Origin: a virus
Length of the DNA: 64,000 nt
Direction: 5' to 3' (one strand)
IMG/VR virus record: IMGVR_UViG_3300044971_004534
Under the pieces are notes generated by a model. That model had not been told where the DNA came from. It made no database searches and saw only the letters and a program-made list of their open reading frames with translations. The translations under genes and the position numbers were made by a program. Positions 34,229 to 43,861 of this stretch are shown here, piece after piece (position 1 is the first letter of the stretch; every line of letters starts with the position of its first letter).

Positions 34229-35074
34229 ATGAATTCATCGACTAATAAATATGAAAGAAAAGTACTAGATCATGGTCTAGTTAGACTGGTAGATACCATG
34301 CCAAACGCAAGCGGAGACAGTCCGTTTGAGACTGCTGTTGTACAGATGGCTAGAGTAAGTTATGGAAGCGGCACAAAGTCTTTTAGAGAAGATCTTGGCC
34401 TGGTCAAGTATTTATTAGAAAACGACCATACCAGTCCTTTTGAGGGAGTAACACTTAAATTTCACATTAAGATGCCAATATTTGTTGCAAGACAGTGGAT
34501 TAGGCATCGAACTGCAAGTGTAAATGAGTATTCGGCTAGATATTCTGTTGTTGAAGATGTTTTTTACATTCCAGATCCAACCAGATTGACCACTCAAAGC
34601 TTATCCAATAAGCAAAGTTCTTCTGACACCATGATTGAAAATGCGGAGCAGGTATCTGCAAAAATTGCCGCACATTCAAAAGAATGCTATGAGCTTTACG
34701 AAAGTTTACTTTCTCAAGGACTATCAAGAGAACTTGCAAGAATGGTTATACCTGTAAACGTGTATACAGAAATGTATTGGGTAATGAATTTGCACAATTT
34801 GCTTAAGTTTTTGAGACTAAGAATGGATCATCACGCTCAGTATGAAATTCGTGTATTTGCAGACGCAATTTTTGATATTGTAAATGAAATAGCGCCCAAC
34901 ATTATGGAAGTATGGAAGTCTTCTCAACTAGAATCTGTAAGATTTACTGGGGAAGAACTAGAGGTTATTAAAAGCATAATTTCTGTTGGGTGTGAACCAG
35001 CGATTCCAGAATCATGGAGCAAAAGAAGAAAAGACGCTTTTACTGAAAAACTAAGCGTTTTTAGTCAAGAGTAG
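34229..35074 (+). CDS. thyX: flavin-dependent thymidylate synthase
   Basis: ThyX signature RHRTASVNEYSARY (RHR..S.....S.RY), plus HTSPFEGV and the typical ~280-aa length. Confidence 0.9.
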   Translation: MNSSTNKYERKVLDHGLVRLVDTMPNASGDSPFETAVVQMARVSYGSGTKSFREDLGLVKYLLENDHTSPFEGVTLKFHIKMPIFVARQWIRHRTASVNEYSARYSVVEDVFYIPDPTRLTTQSLSNKQSSSDTMIENAEQVSAKIAAHSKECYELYESLLSQGLSRELARMVIPVNVYTEMYWVMNLHNLLKFLRLRMDHHAQYEIRVFADAIFDIVNEIAPNIMEVWKSSQLESVRFTGEELEVIKSIISVGCEPAIPESWSKRRKDAFTEKLSVFSQE

Positions 35075-35117
35075 GATTTTTCTACAACTTGGCATAATAT
35101 ACCGGGAGAGGTATACT

Positions 35118-35453
35118 ATGTTCAATATAAATTCAGATGACAAAATGGACTTGCTACAAGAATCTGAAAAGATAGTTGATCAAATTACTGCAGCATGGCT
35201 TAATCCTAAAAAATCTATATCAGGAGATGCTGCTAGAATATGGGACGCCATGCAATCTTGGAATATAGACCAAGACGGCAAACTGATGAAAAAAGAAAAC
35301 AGAGGATACTTTATATCTTTGGTTGCCATGTTTTTGAATGTTGAAAAAGAAACTATAAAAATGTGCTTGAGCACCATTTCCAAAACAAACCGTAAAGGGT
35401 CTAAGTGGGAAAAAGTTGTCTCAAAGTTTTCGAAACCATCTTCCCAAATATAG
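35118..35453 (+). CDS. hypothetical protein
   Basis: 111-aa ORF with GGGAGAGG before the ATG. Confidence 0.6.
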   Translation: MFNINSDDKMDLLQESEKIVDQITAAWLNPKKSISGDAARIWDAMQSWNIDQDGKLMKKENRGYFISLVAMFLNVEKETIKMCLSTISKTNRKGSKWEKVVSKFSKPSSQI

Positions 35454-35662
35454 TTCAAAAGAGGGAAGTAATCTTTTACGGTGGCCTAGATAAAAAAGGC
35501 TATAATGTAAGCCACAAGCTTTACACACTAAAGATTAATCATCAATTCGTTCTTGATGAAGAACTAATTTACCTTCAAATAGTTGACTTAAAAACAATAA
35601 AAGGTTTTGATCCTATCGTTGACTATTTGGATAACTACCGATACTTTCTGGATATATATTAG
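35405..35662 (+). CDS. hypothetical protein (start uncertain, GTG in track)
   Basis: 85-aa ORF that overlaps the upstream gene by 49 nt, with no internal ATG. It fills the gap to 35664. Confidence 0.35.
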   Translation: MGKSCLKVFETIFPNIVQKREVIFYGGLDKKGYNVSHKLYTLKINHQFVLDEELIYLQIVDLKTIKGFDPIVDYLDNYRYFLDIY

Positions 35663-35663
35663 T

Positions 35664-35978
35664 ATGTTAGAACAATTTATTCTCTCCACTATAGGTGGTA
35701 TTGGAATGGCTACTCTAATTGTAGAAAAGGGCGATGACTTTCCAATTAAACCTTTTAAAAACATCGCTCACACAATAGTTAAAAAGTTGCTAGGCGACTC
35801 ATGGGCAAAGGTATTTGAATGCACTGTATGCATGTCTTTTTGGACGGCATTGCTATGTGAAGCTTTTTTGTTTATGTTTTCAAAGACTTTCACATGGCCA
35901 GTAAGCGGGTTTGCTGCTGCAGGTATTTCATTTTATCTAATTGATTTTTTGAACACCATAGACAATAGAAAAGGATGA
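35664..35978 (+). CDS. small membrane protein (DUF1360-like, from memory)
   Basis: The ATG at 35664 gives MLEQFILSTIGGIGMATLIV. The FECTVCMSFWTALLCEAFLF C..C.SFW motif and two further hydrophobic helices are present. Confidence 0.55.
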   Translation: MLEQFILSTIGGIGMATLIVEKGDDFPIKPFKNIAHTIVKKLLGDSWAKVFECTVCMSFWTALLCEAFLFMFSKTFTWPVSGFAAAGISFYLIDFLNTIDNRKG

Positions 35979-36808
35979 ACAACATGAAGAAAATTAAGAA
36001 AGAAAAAGTAAAAAAGCACAAGATAAAGCAAGATCCCGAGCTGTGGAAAAAACTTGATGATCTAAGAAATGCTGTTAAAGATTTTCACAACAGTGAGCCA
36101 TATAAGAGAGTAAGAGCTCAGCTAGCAGAGCTCAATTACCCAATAGTTATTAAGTTAGCTGATTTACTTCATCATAAGTATCCAGAAACTGATAGAGATG
36201 ATCTTCAGGGCTTTGGAAGCATAGGTCTTCTAGATGCCATAGATAAATTTGATCCATACAAAGATATTCAATTTGAAACATTTGCAACTTATCGCATATT
36301 TGGATCTATGTACGATGAAATGAGAAAACTTGATTGGGTTCCCAGATTAACTCGCCAGCGGCATTCTAAGGTTGAAAAAATACGTGACAAATTTATTGCA
36401 GAAAATGGAAGAGTGCCAACTAATGAGGAAATGATGGACATGGTTTCAGGAAGTTCTGTAACAGAAAAACAAAAAACTATAGACGACAGTATAATCAAGA
36501 TGTCCTACTCTATTAATAAGTTGCCGTTTGAAGATGAAGAAGATGATTTTTCTAGCATGCATGTTGATAAAAAACCTTGTCAAATAAAAGAGCTAGAAAG
36601 AAAAGAATTTTTTGCTAATAAAATTGCACCAGGATTAAACGATCTTGAAACAAGATTTGTGTACTTAGTGTATTACGAAGGAAGATCTTTAAAAGAGGCT
36701 GCACAAATACTACAAATTAAAGAAAGTAGAAGTTCTTCTGTTCACGAAGCTGCTCTGAAAAAGCTAAAGGAAATTTTTAAGGAAAAAGATGAATTGATTG
36801 TGAGATAA
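35975..36808 (+). CDS. sigma-70 family RNA polymerase sigma factor (group 3/FliA-like)
   Basis: Region 2: DDLQGFGSIGLLDAIDKFDPYKDIQFETFATYRIFGSMYDEMRKLDWVPR. Region 4 HTH: YYEGRSLKEAAQILQIKESRSSSVHEAALKKLK. Confidence 0.85.
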   Translation: MNNMKKIKKEKVKKHKIKQDPELWKKLDDLRNAVKDFHNSEPYKRVRAQLAELNYPIVIKLADLLHHKYPETDRDDLQGFGSIGLLDAIDKFDPYKDIQFETFATYRIFGSMYDEMRKLDWVPRLTRQRHSKVEKIRDKFIAENGRVPTNEEMMDMVSGSSVTEKQKTIDDSIIKMSYSINKLPFEDEEDDFSSMHVDKKPCQIKELERKEFFANKIAPGLNDLETRFVYLVYYEGRSLKEAAQILQIKESRSSSVHEAALKKLKEIFKEKDELIVR

Positions 36809-36810
36809 GT

Positions 36811-37386
36811 ATGGATTCTAGAATTTGCCTAGTTCTTAATAAACACTGGAAGCCTGTCAGCTTTTGTTCTGCATATCATGGAATTTCCAAGATGATGAAT
36901 GAAAGAGCTCTGATGATTGCCATGCCAGATTTCAGGCTTATAGACGGAAAAGAATGGATGGATATGGCAACTGATGACAGCAATGATGGCATTCTCACAA
37001 CAAGAGGATATCTTCCTGCTCCAGAAGTGATAGTCGCTAAATTTTTTGAAAAAGTGTTTTATAGACATCCATCATGTAATAGGAAGAACTTACTAAAAAG
37101 AGATGGGCTACGCTGTCAATACACGGGAAGACTACTTGAAAGACATGATGCTACCATAGATCATTTGCTGCCACGATCTCGTGGAGGAAAAACAGAATGG
37201 AATAATTGTGTTGTGACCAGTTTTAATTTTAATAATAAAAAAGGAGCTAGAACTCCAGAAGAAATTAATCACAAGCCAATATGCAATCCTTCAAAGCCAG
37301 TATGGGGACTTATTGATTATCTTCCAGAAAACATAGTCATTCCAGAGTCTTGGAAGCACTTTATAAAATTAAGAAATCATGAATAA
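36811..37386 (+). CDS. HNH endonuclease
   Basis: RCQYTGRLLERHDATIDHLLPRSRGGKTEWNNCVVTSFNFNNKKG has the H-N-H core with Cys-containing flanks. Confidence 0.85.
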   Translation: MDSRICLVLNKHWKPVSFCSAYHGISKMMNERALMIAMPDFRLIDGKEWMDMATDDSNDGILTTRGYLPAPEVIVAKFFEKVFYRHPSCNRKNLLKRDGLRCQYTGRLLERHDATIDHLLPRSRGGKTEWNNCVVTSFNFNNKKGARTPEEINHKPICNPSKPVWGLIDYLPENIVIPESWKHFIKLRNHE

Positions 37387-38017
37387 TAACTTGATTTCAA
37401 GATGGAAAGATAGACTTCAAGGTCATCCATGTTTTGTTGTTGGGAATAGTCCAACACTAAATCATGTAGATATAAACTCTATTAAGAATTTTTTCTCCAT
37501 AGGAATTAATAGAGCTTTTTTTAAATTTGATCCAACTATACTTTTTTGGCAAGACAAAGAATTATGGATGTCTGAAAAAAATAAATTGCTTTCGTCAAAA
37601 AGTATTAGAGTTTGTCATCCTAAGGGTGATCCCTTAAAAAGATTTCATCATTTTGATATAAAAGGTTCAGGATTTAAAAGAGCTGAAAAACCATCTGTTT
37701 TGCATGGAAGAGGAAGTTCTGGACCTCTTGCGGTTCAATTTGCTCATGCGCTAGGGTGCGCCCCTATATTTTTACTAGGCATGGATTGTAAAACCGATGG
37801 TATAAATACAGATTTTTTTGGAGTAAATAAAACTTGGAAACCTCATACTATTTCTTTATGTCAACATGGCTTAGATTGGATACTGTCAGAATATGGAAGA
37901 GAAGAAGTAATAAATATAAGTGGCTCACCTCAAGAAGTAAGTACTATTGCCGACAAATTTAGAATACAAGCAAAAGGTTTAGAATTTTATAAAAAGCTTC
38001 TTTTAGGTCAGAATTGA
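37379..38017 (+). CDS. DUF115/MptE-like or Maf/sialyltransferase-like protein (putative)
   Basis: CFVVGNSPTLNHVD...IGINRAF and GSSGPLAVQFAHALGCAPIFLLGMDC resemble the GNGPSL ... G.D pattern of DUF115 proteins. Motif level only. Confidence 0.4.
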   Translation: MNNNLISRWKDRLQGHPCFVVGNSPTLNHVDINSIKNFFSIGINRAFFKFDPTILFWQDKELWMSEKNKLLSSKSIRVCHPKGDPLKRFHHFDIKGSGFKRAEKPSVLHGRGSSGPLAVQFAHALGCAPIFLLGMDCKTDGINTDFFGVNKTWKPHTISLCQHGLDWILSEYGREEVINISGSPQEVSTIADKFRIQAKGLEFYKKLLLGQN

Positions 38018-38079
38018 CGTAGTAGGAAGTATCAAGTGTTCGTTGTAATTGTTAGAACAAATATCACAAGGAGAAGTAT

Positions 38080-40629
38080 ATGACCAAAATTGCACCAACT
38101 GTCTCAGAGACAGACATTGTAAGCGTTGTTAGTGAAATTAAGCAGGTAGTTTATACCTATGATGAGGCTATAGAAGCTAGCTCTAAATATTTTAATGGAG
38201 ATGAGCTTGCTGCTAAAGTGTTTGTAGACAAGTATGCCTTAAGAAATCAGAATCAGCAGATCGTTGAAAAAGATCCTGATGACATGCACAGAAGAATTGC
38301 AAGAGAATTCGCAAGAATAGAAAAAAGCAAATTCAAGAATCCGCTAACTGAAGATTTTATATATGAAACTTTAAAGAACTTTAGTAGAATTGTTGCTCAG
38401 GGGTCTCCAATGTATGGCATTGGCAATAAGCATCAATTTATATCTTTGAGCAACTGCTATGTTGTTGCCTCTCCCTTGGATGCTTACGGTTCAATCATGG
38501 AGGCTGATGAAAACTTAGTCCAAATTAGTAAGCGTCGCGGTGGTGTAGGAATTGACATATCTCATCTAAGACCTGCTGGAGCTCCAACAAAGAATGCAGC
38601 AAGAACAAGCACTGGCGTTGTCTCATTTGCAGAGCGTTATTCTAACTCTATTAGAGAAGTTGGGCAAGCAGGCCGTCGTGGTGCTCTCATGATTACTCTT
38701 GACGTGCACCATCCAGACATCTTAGAGTTCGCAAAGGTTAAAAGAGATTTATCAAAAGTAACTGGAGCAAATATATCTATTCGTCTCACAGATGAGTTTT
38801 TAAAGGCTGTTGACGCAGATCAAGATTATGAACAGCGTTGGCCAGTTGATTCAAAAAATCCATCTATTTCAAAGAAAATTAATGCAAGATCTGTTTGGCA
38901 GGTAATTGTTGAAAATGCCCATCACATGGCTGAGCCTGGACTGCTTTTTTGGGACAACATAATTAATGAAAGTCCAGCAGACTGCTATGCGGAGCTTGGG
39001 TTTAAGACTATAAGTACAAATCCATGTTCTGAGATTCCACTATCGGCTTTTGATAGTTGCAGACTTATGTTATTAAATGCATTTGGCTATGTTGAGAAGC
39101 CATTTACAAAACAAGCTACATTTAACTTTGATAAATTCAATGCTGATGCCGAAGTTTGTCAAAGACTAATGGATGATTTGGTAGACTTAGAAGTCGAGTG
39201 CATTGAAAGAATTCTTTCTAAGATCACAAGTGATCCCGAGAATAGCGAAGTTAAGGCAAGAGAAGTTAAGCTGTGGAATAATATTAAAATTGCTGCTATT
39301 AATGGTCGCAGAACCGGTACAGGAGCGACTGCTATTGGAGATGCTCTAGCAGCACTGGGGCTTGCTTACACAAGTGAAAAAGGCATAGAAATGACAGAAA
39401 AGATTTACAAAAATCTTAAGCTTTCTGCCTATAGAAGCAGTGTAAATATGGCAAAAGAAATTGGAGCATTCCCAATATGGAATCCTGATCTTGAAAAGAA
39501 CAATCCATTCTTGAATAGAATTAAAGATGAAGATCCAAAGCTTTATCAAGATATGCAAAAGTATGGTCGTAGAAATATTGCGTTACTAACTACTGCGCCA
39601 GCAGGATCAGTTTCCATACTAACCCAAACATCAAGCGGGATAGAGCCTCAATTTATGATTGAACCCTATGTCCGTCGCAAGAAGGGCAATCCTGGAGATA
39701 GTGGTTTTAGAAGTGACTTTGTAGATCAAAATGGTGATCACTGGATGGAATTTAAAGTTTATCCACCAAAGGTTAAAATGTGGATGGAAGTCACTGGAGA
39801 AAGCGATCTAAACAAGAGTCCATGGAAGGGCTCAACTGCTCCTGAACTTGACTGGAGAAAGCGCGTATATCTCCAATCTGCAGCGCAGAAGCATCTTGAC
39901 CACGCCATATCAAGTACACTGAACCTTCCAAATGATGTGTCTGTAGAGTCAGTGGATGAAATCTACAGAACTGCATGGAAGAGCGGATGTAAGGGCATTA
40001 CAATCTATCGTGACGGTTGCAGAACGGGTGTTCTTGTGGCAGAAACAAAGAAGAAAGACAATAATGATGAGATCGTTATCACAAAAGCACCAAAGCGACC
40101 AGAAACACTGGAGTGTGATGTTCATCACTGCTCTGTCAAGAATAGTCCATATTTCGTGATCGTAGGTAAACTAAAAGGGAAACCATATGAAGTTTTTGCA
40201 AGTATGAATCATATTTCTGAAAATGAAGATGATATGCTTATTACCAAGAATTTCAATGATGGAACTTTGACAAAAGAAGCCAGAGGGCACTATCGTGCAG
40301 ATCTACAGGATAAGCACGGCAATAAGATGACAATAAAGAAAATTGGAGATAAGCTCTCTGAAGAAGAAGCTGGTCTTACCAGAATGATATCAACTGCGCT
40401 AAGGCATGGAGCTGATGTTCAATTTATTGTTCATCAATTAGAAAAGGTTGAGGGATCTATGCATGGGTTTTCAAAGAGTGTATCTCGTGCTTTGAAAAAA
40501 TATATTGCAGATGGTACAGAAGTTTCTGGTGAAACATGTGGAAATTGCAAGACTCAGGAAAAAGCAGCGCTCGTAAGGCAAGAAGGCTGCATAACCTGCA
40601 AGTCTTGTGGATGGTCAAAGTGCGGATAA
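38080..40629 (+). CDS. nrdJ: class II (adenosylcobalamin-dependent) ribonucleotide reductase
   Basis: AAGGAGAAG RBS. KVFVDKYALRN, RRGGVGIDISHLRPAGA, thiyl-radical loop STNPCSEIPL, TTAPAGSVS, and a C-terminal Cys cluster CGNCK...CITCKSCGWSKCG. There is no adjacent NrdB-like gene. Confidence 0.9.
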   Translation: MTKIAPTVSETDIVSVVSEIKQVVYTYDEAIEASSKYFNGDELAAKVFVDKYALRNQNQQIVEKDPDDMHRRIAREFARIEKSKFKNPLTEDFIYETLKNFSRIVAQGSPMYGIGNKHQFISLSNCYVVASPLDAYGSIMEADENLVQISKRRGGVGIDISHLRPAGAPTKNAARTSTGVVSFAERYSNSIREVGQAGRRGALMITLDVHHPDILEFAKVKRDLSKVTGANISIRLTDEFLKAVDADQDYEQRWPVDSKNPSISKKINARSVWQVIVENAHHMAEPGLLFWDNIINESPADCYAELGFKTISTNPCSEIPLSAFDSCRLMLLNAFGYVEKPFTKQATFNFDKFNADAEVCQRLMDDLVDLEVECIERILSKITSDPENSEVKAREVKLWNNIKIAAINGRRTGTGATAIGDALAALGLAYTSEKGIEMTEKIYKNLKLSAYRSSVNMAKEIGAFPIWNPDLEKNNPFLNRIKDEDPKLYQDMQKYGRRNIALLTTAPAGSVSILTQTSSGIEPQFMIEPYVRRKKGNPGDSGFRSDFVDQNGDHWMEFKVYPPKVKMWMEVTGESDLNKSPWKGSTAPELDWRKRVYLQSAAQKHLDHAISSTLNLPNDVSVESVDEIYRTAWKSGCKGITIYRDGCRTGVLVAETKKKDNNDEIVITKAPKRPETLECDVHHCSVKNSPYFVIVGKLKGKPYEVFASMNHISENEDDMLITKNFNDGTLTKEARGHYRADLQDKHGNKMTIKKIGDKLSEEEAGLTRMISTALRHGADVQFIVHQLEKVEGSMHGFSKSVSRALKKYIADGTEVSGETCGNCKTQEKAALVRQEGCITCKSCGWSKCG

Positions 40630-40641
40630 GAAAGGAACAAT

Positions 40642-41115
40642 ATGGAAATAAAGTTTCAAACACTTAATAGCGATGCTAGGTCATTAAAAAAAGCAAACCA
40701 CAATGATTCTGGATGGGATCTTACTGCATCTTCTGAGCCTGTATTTGAAATTAGGACAATAGCAGGCAAGGACTATGTTGTAAATGTTATATACGATACT
40801 GGTGTAAGAGTGGAGTTTCCAGAAGGATACTGCGGCTTTGTATATCCAAGATCTAGCATTAAAAAATATGACTTATTTTTATCAAATTCAGTCGGTGTTA
40901 TAGATGAGGGATATAGAGGTTCAATTCAGGTTGCATTTAGACCTGTTGTAACAACTGAGGCAAAAGACGTAAACTCATTGAATCTTTATAAGAAAGGTGA
41001 TAGAATCGCTCAGCTCGTAATTACTAGAAGAGAAGATGTCCAAATGGTAGATGGTATTGTGGATACAAATACCGTCAGATCTACAGGAGGATTTGGATCT
41101 TCTGGAATTACATGA
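40642..41115 (+). CDS. dut: dUTP diphosphatase (trimeric dUTPase)
   Basis: Motifs GWDL, YPRSS, GVIDEGYRG, RIAQLVI and RSTGGFGSSG. Confidence 0.9.
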   Translation: MEIKFQTLNSDARSLKKANHNDSGWDLTASSEPVFEIRTIAGKDYVVNVIYDTGVRVEFPEGYCGFVYPRSSIKKYDLFLSNSVGVIDEGYRGSIQVAFRPVVTTEAKDVNSLNLYKKGDRIAQLVITRREDVQMVDGIVDTNTVRSTGGFGSSGIT

Positions 41116-42938
41116 GTTTAAAATCCAACAACATAATTTATGTGTACAATTCTGGCGATGAAGACAGTGTAAAACTGGCTGAAGAGTTTGCCTATATGAG
41201 ACAAGTACCGACCTCCAACATGTTGGGGGTCGATACTTTTACTACAAGTATACTTGAAAGTAGAGCGCAATTTGTAGATCAAATATTAAATCCACTTAAA
41301 GAAAAAATCGAATCACTTGGTGGCTTTGGCGAATTGGTTCAAGGCTGTGTTTTAGGGTATAGAATACCTGCGGGTTATAATTCAGAATATGGAGTTATAT
41401 CATCATGTTCTGCAGTATCTGCGATGTTTTTGTCTGATGGTGTTCCAATTTATAATCCAGCTTATAGACAGAACACAAAAACATCTAAAATGTATGATTT
41501 TAAAGTATTTCCAACTTGTCAGCAAGATATGCCAAACTTCAATCTAATGAAGAAAAAAATATCAGATTTTGCTCTTTTCAGAAATGGCATTACAGTAGAT
41601 GGGTCTTTCTATTTTGACAGATGGAGTTTAAAGGAAGATTTTGCATATGATGTATATGCTGCTGAATTACAAGATTTTGAAGAAAAGTTTATATCTAAAT
41701 ATGTTTCAAAATACTTTGTTACTTCAGAGCCAATAGATGACTTGAGGAGTGATTTTGGATTTGCCAATAATGATTCTTTCTTTTGGTCTGCAGGTTTGCA
41801 AAATTTAACGCAAAGCTATTTTAGAAACAACAACAGAGCAAATAGAGTTTTCTTTTTTAATGCAGATGAAGATTCTTTTGTAAGTTTTAGATCTAATAAT
41901 GAATTTGGTCCAGCAATAGCAGCGCTTAATGCAGGATATGTGGGAGCTGCTGGAATGATGAGTGGATTTGAATCTACAATAGATATTAATCCTTATTCTA
42001 CAGATCCATATGAAATGCAGCAAGAAACGTCGGTATCGTGCTGGATTAGACCAGAGCCTTTTTTTCAAGCAATATCTCAAGGTATCACACTGTTAGAGTC
42101 AATGTATTATGCATCGCCAATCCTATGTTGCCCTATGACATACTTTACTGACCCTATGATGACGGTGGATGTGACTGGTGCATTAGCCGTACCTGAAAAA
42201 ATATCTACAAGCGACGGGTGGCTAGAGATACACTACAAGCTTAGTGAGGCTGGCGCTTTGATTAACAATAGATCAATAGCATCAAGTAGGCTTATTAGTA
42301 GAGTTGGAACTCACAATGGGCTTGACGACAAGTTGTGGGCAATAAAAAATTACGGATCGGCATTGACGGGCAATAGCATAACAACTTTAAGATCTTTAAT
42401 AGATCCAGCTCTATCTGGTTGGAAAAAATATATTGAAGTTGCTTACTTTGATAAAATAACACAAACAATACCTAACTTTCTTAGATCTGTAAATGAAGTT
42501 GATTTTAAACTGACTAATGCATTTATTAATATAAATTTGAATAACGCACAGATATATGAAGAAATAGAATCAAGTAATATTGAAACAAAAGGAATGTTTA
42601 TTATTGATACCTATTTGCCGGAAAGAAATATTGGCACTGGATACTTTCAGGTAAAAGCAGAAGTATATGAAGATGTAGATGATGAAGAACCATTAATAAC
42701 ATCATACTCATACAATGACACTTTAAATTGGAGCTTTGAAGACTTTGACAAGTCTATGAAGCCATATCCAGTGCAAGGAATTTTTAGTTCTTTAAAAAAT
42801 AGAAAAATAAGATTTATAAACAGAAGATTTATACAGAATAAAAATATTGGAAATAAAGTATGGGTTGTATTTACATATATCCTGAATGATTCTGCGGAAA
42901 TAGTAAGTGACAGGAAAGAGGCGATGATAATATCATGA
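41112..42938 (+). CDS. hypothetical protein; N-terminus resembles the TIGR03790-type family (from memory)
   Basis: IIYVYNSGDEDSVKLAEEFAYMRQVP...VLGYRIPAGY...ISSCSAVSAMF parallels the vlVVyN..s..S..iA.yY...RgIP ... GvPl.. ... SvDSeLa pattern I recall from PVC-group bacteria. Unverified. Confidence 0.6.
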   Translation: MSLKSNNIIYVYNSGDEDSVKLAEEFAYMRQVPTSNMLGVDTFTTSILESRAQFVDQILNPLKEKIESLGGFGELVQGCVLGYRIPAGYNSEYGVISSCSAVSAMFLSDGVPIYNPAYRQNTKTSKMYDFKVFPTCQQDMPNFNLMKKKISDFALFRNGITVDGSFYFDRWSLKEDFAYDVYAAELQDFEEKFISKYVSKYFVTSEPIDDLRSDFGFANNDSFFWSAGLQNLTQSYFRNNNRANRVFFFNADEDSFVSFRSNNEFGPAIAALNAGYVGAAGMMSGFESTIDINPYSTDPYEMQQETSVSCWIRPEPFFQAISQGITLLESMYYASPILCCPMTYFTDPMMTVDVTGALAVPEKISTSDGWLEIHYKLSEAGALINNRSIASSRLISRVGTHNGLDDKLWAIKNYGSALTGNSITTLRSLIDPALSGWKKYIEVAYFDKITQTIPNFLRSVNEVDFKLTNAFININLNNAQIYEEIESSNIETKGMFIIDTYLPERNIGTGYFQVKAEVYEDVDDEEPLITSYSYNDTLNWSFEDFDKSMKPYPVQGIFSSLKNRKIRFINRRFIQNKNIGNKVWVVFTYILNDSAEIVSDRKEAMIIS

Positions 42939-43420
42939 TAAAACCTGGAGAATACAGATACACAATTGATCTGATCAACACAATACTTTACTCTTCAGAA
43001 AGAGTCGCATATGTATTAGAAGATTGCAAAGACATTATAAAAAATAAAATGACAGCGCAGGTTTCAGATTATCGTTATACAGAAATGCTTGGAGGAATGA
43101 AATTATCTCAAAAAAGTTTTTGGGATAGTGCTAACATGTACTCCATATTTACAATACAGTTACTTATTGAGATGTCGGAATATGTAAAAAAGCAATATGG
43201 AATTACTTTAGATCAATTTTTAGAAGAACAATACTTAGAGTTTGACTCATACATATATTCTAAAATACCAGAATTTACTAAAATAAATACAATAACGCAT
43301 TTAGGAAATAAGCGTGCAACATGGTCAGAAATAAATGATTATATAGATCAGATTGATACAGCTAAATACTCTGGCGTCAAAATGACCTGGGACTTTATTG
43401 GTGCAAAAAATGATGATTAA
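42935..43420 (+). CDS. hypothetical protein
   Basis: 161-aa ORF, ATGA-coupled to the upstream gene. Confidence 0.6.
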   Translation: MIKPGEYRYTIDLINTILYSSERVAYVLEDCKDIIKNKMTAQVSDYRYTEMLGGMKLSQKSFWDSANMYSIFTIQLLIEMSEYVKKQYGITLDQFLEEQYLEFDSYIYSKIPEFTKINTITHLGNKRATWSEINDYIDQIDTAKYSGVKMTWDFIGAKNDD

Positions 43421-43851
43421 GGTAGATTGTTAACCTTATCTTCAATACGTTTTACAACATCAGTATACTTATACCAGACATCTGGTTGACCACTATATTG
43501 TGTGATATTGGCAGCTATGATTTTCATTAAACCCATAGCTAATCTTATATCTTTAACTGTTTCAGCAATTTTGACAATATCACTATTGTCAACTATGTTG
43601 TTTATTTTGTGCATTATCACTTTGTCTTCTGGATAATGCTTCTTAATATCTACGTTTAGCTCATCTAAATTTTTCTTAATATGAGAAATTAAGATTTGAT
43701 TACGCATAATTTCGCTTTGTAATGCCTCATTTTTGACCAGGTATTGAGTGAGAAGAGAAATTGCCTGATTAGCATTTTCTAAACTTTTTAGAACAACTGC
43801 ATCTTGAGGCAAATTAATATTTGACTGACCCGATGGTTGCATTTCTTTCAT
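43417..43851 (-). CDS. hypothetical protein (coiled-coil)
   Basis: 144-aa ORF, convergent with 42935..43420 and sharing 4 nt with it. Confidence 0.6.
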   Translation of the reverse strand: MKEMQPSGQSNINLPQDAVVLKSLENANQAISLLTQYLVKNEALQSEIMRNQILISHIKKNLDELNVDIKKHYPEDKVIMHKINNIVDNSDIVKIAETVKDIRLAMGLMKIIAANITQYSGQPDVWYKYTDVVKRIEDKVNNLP

Positions 43852-43861
43852 AAAACACTCC

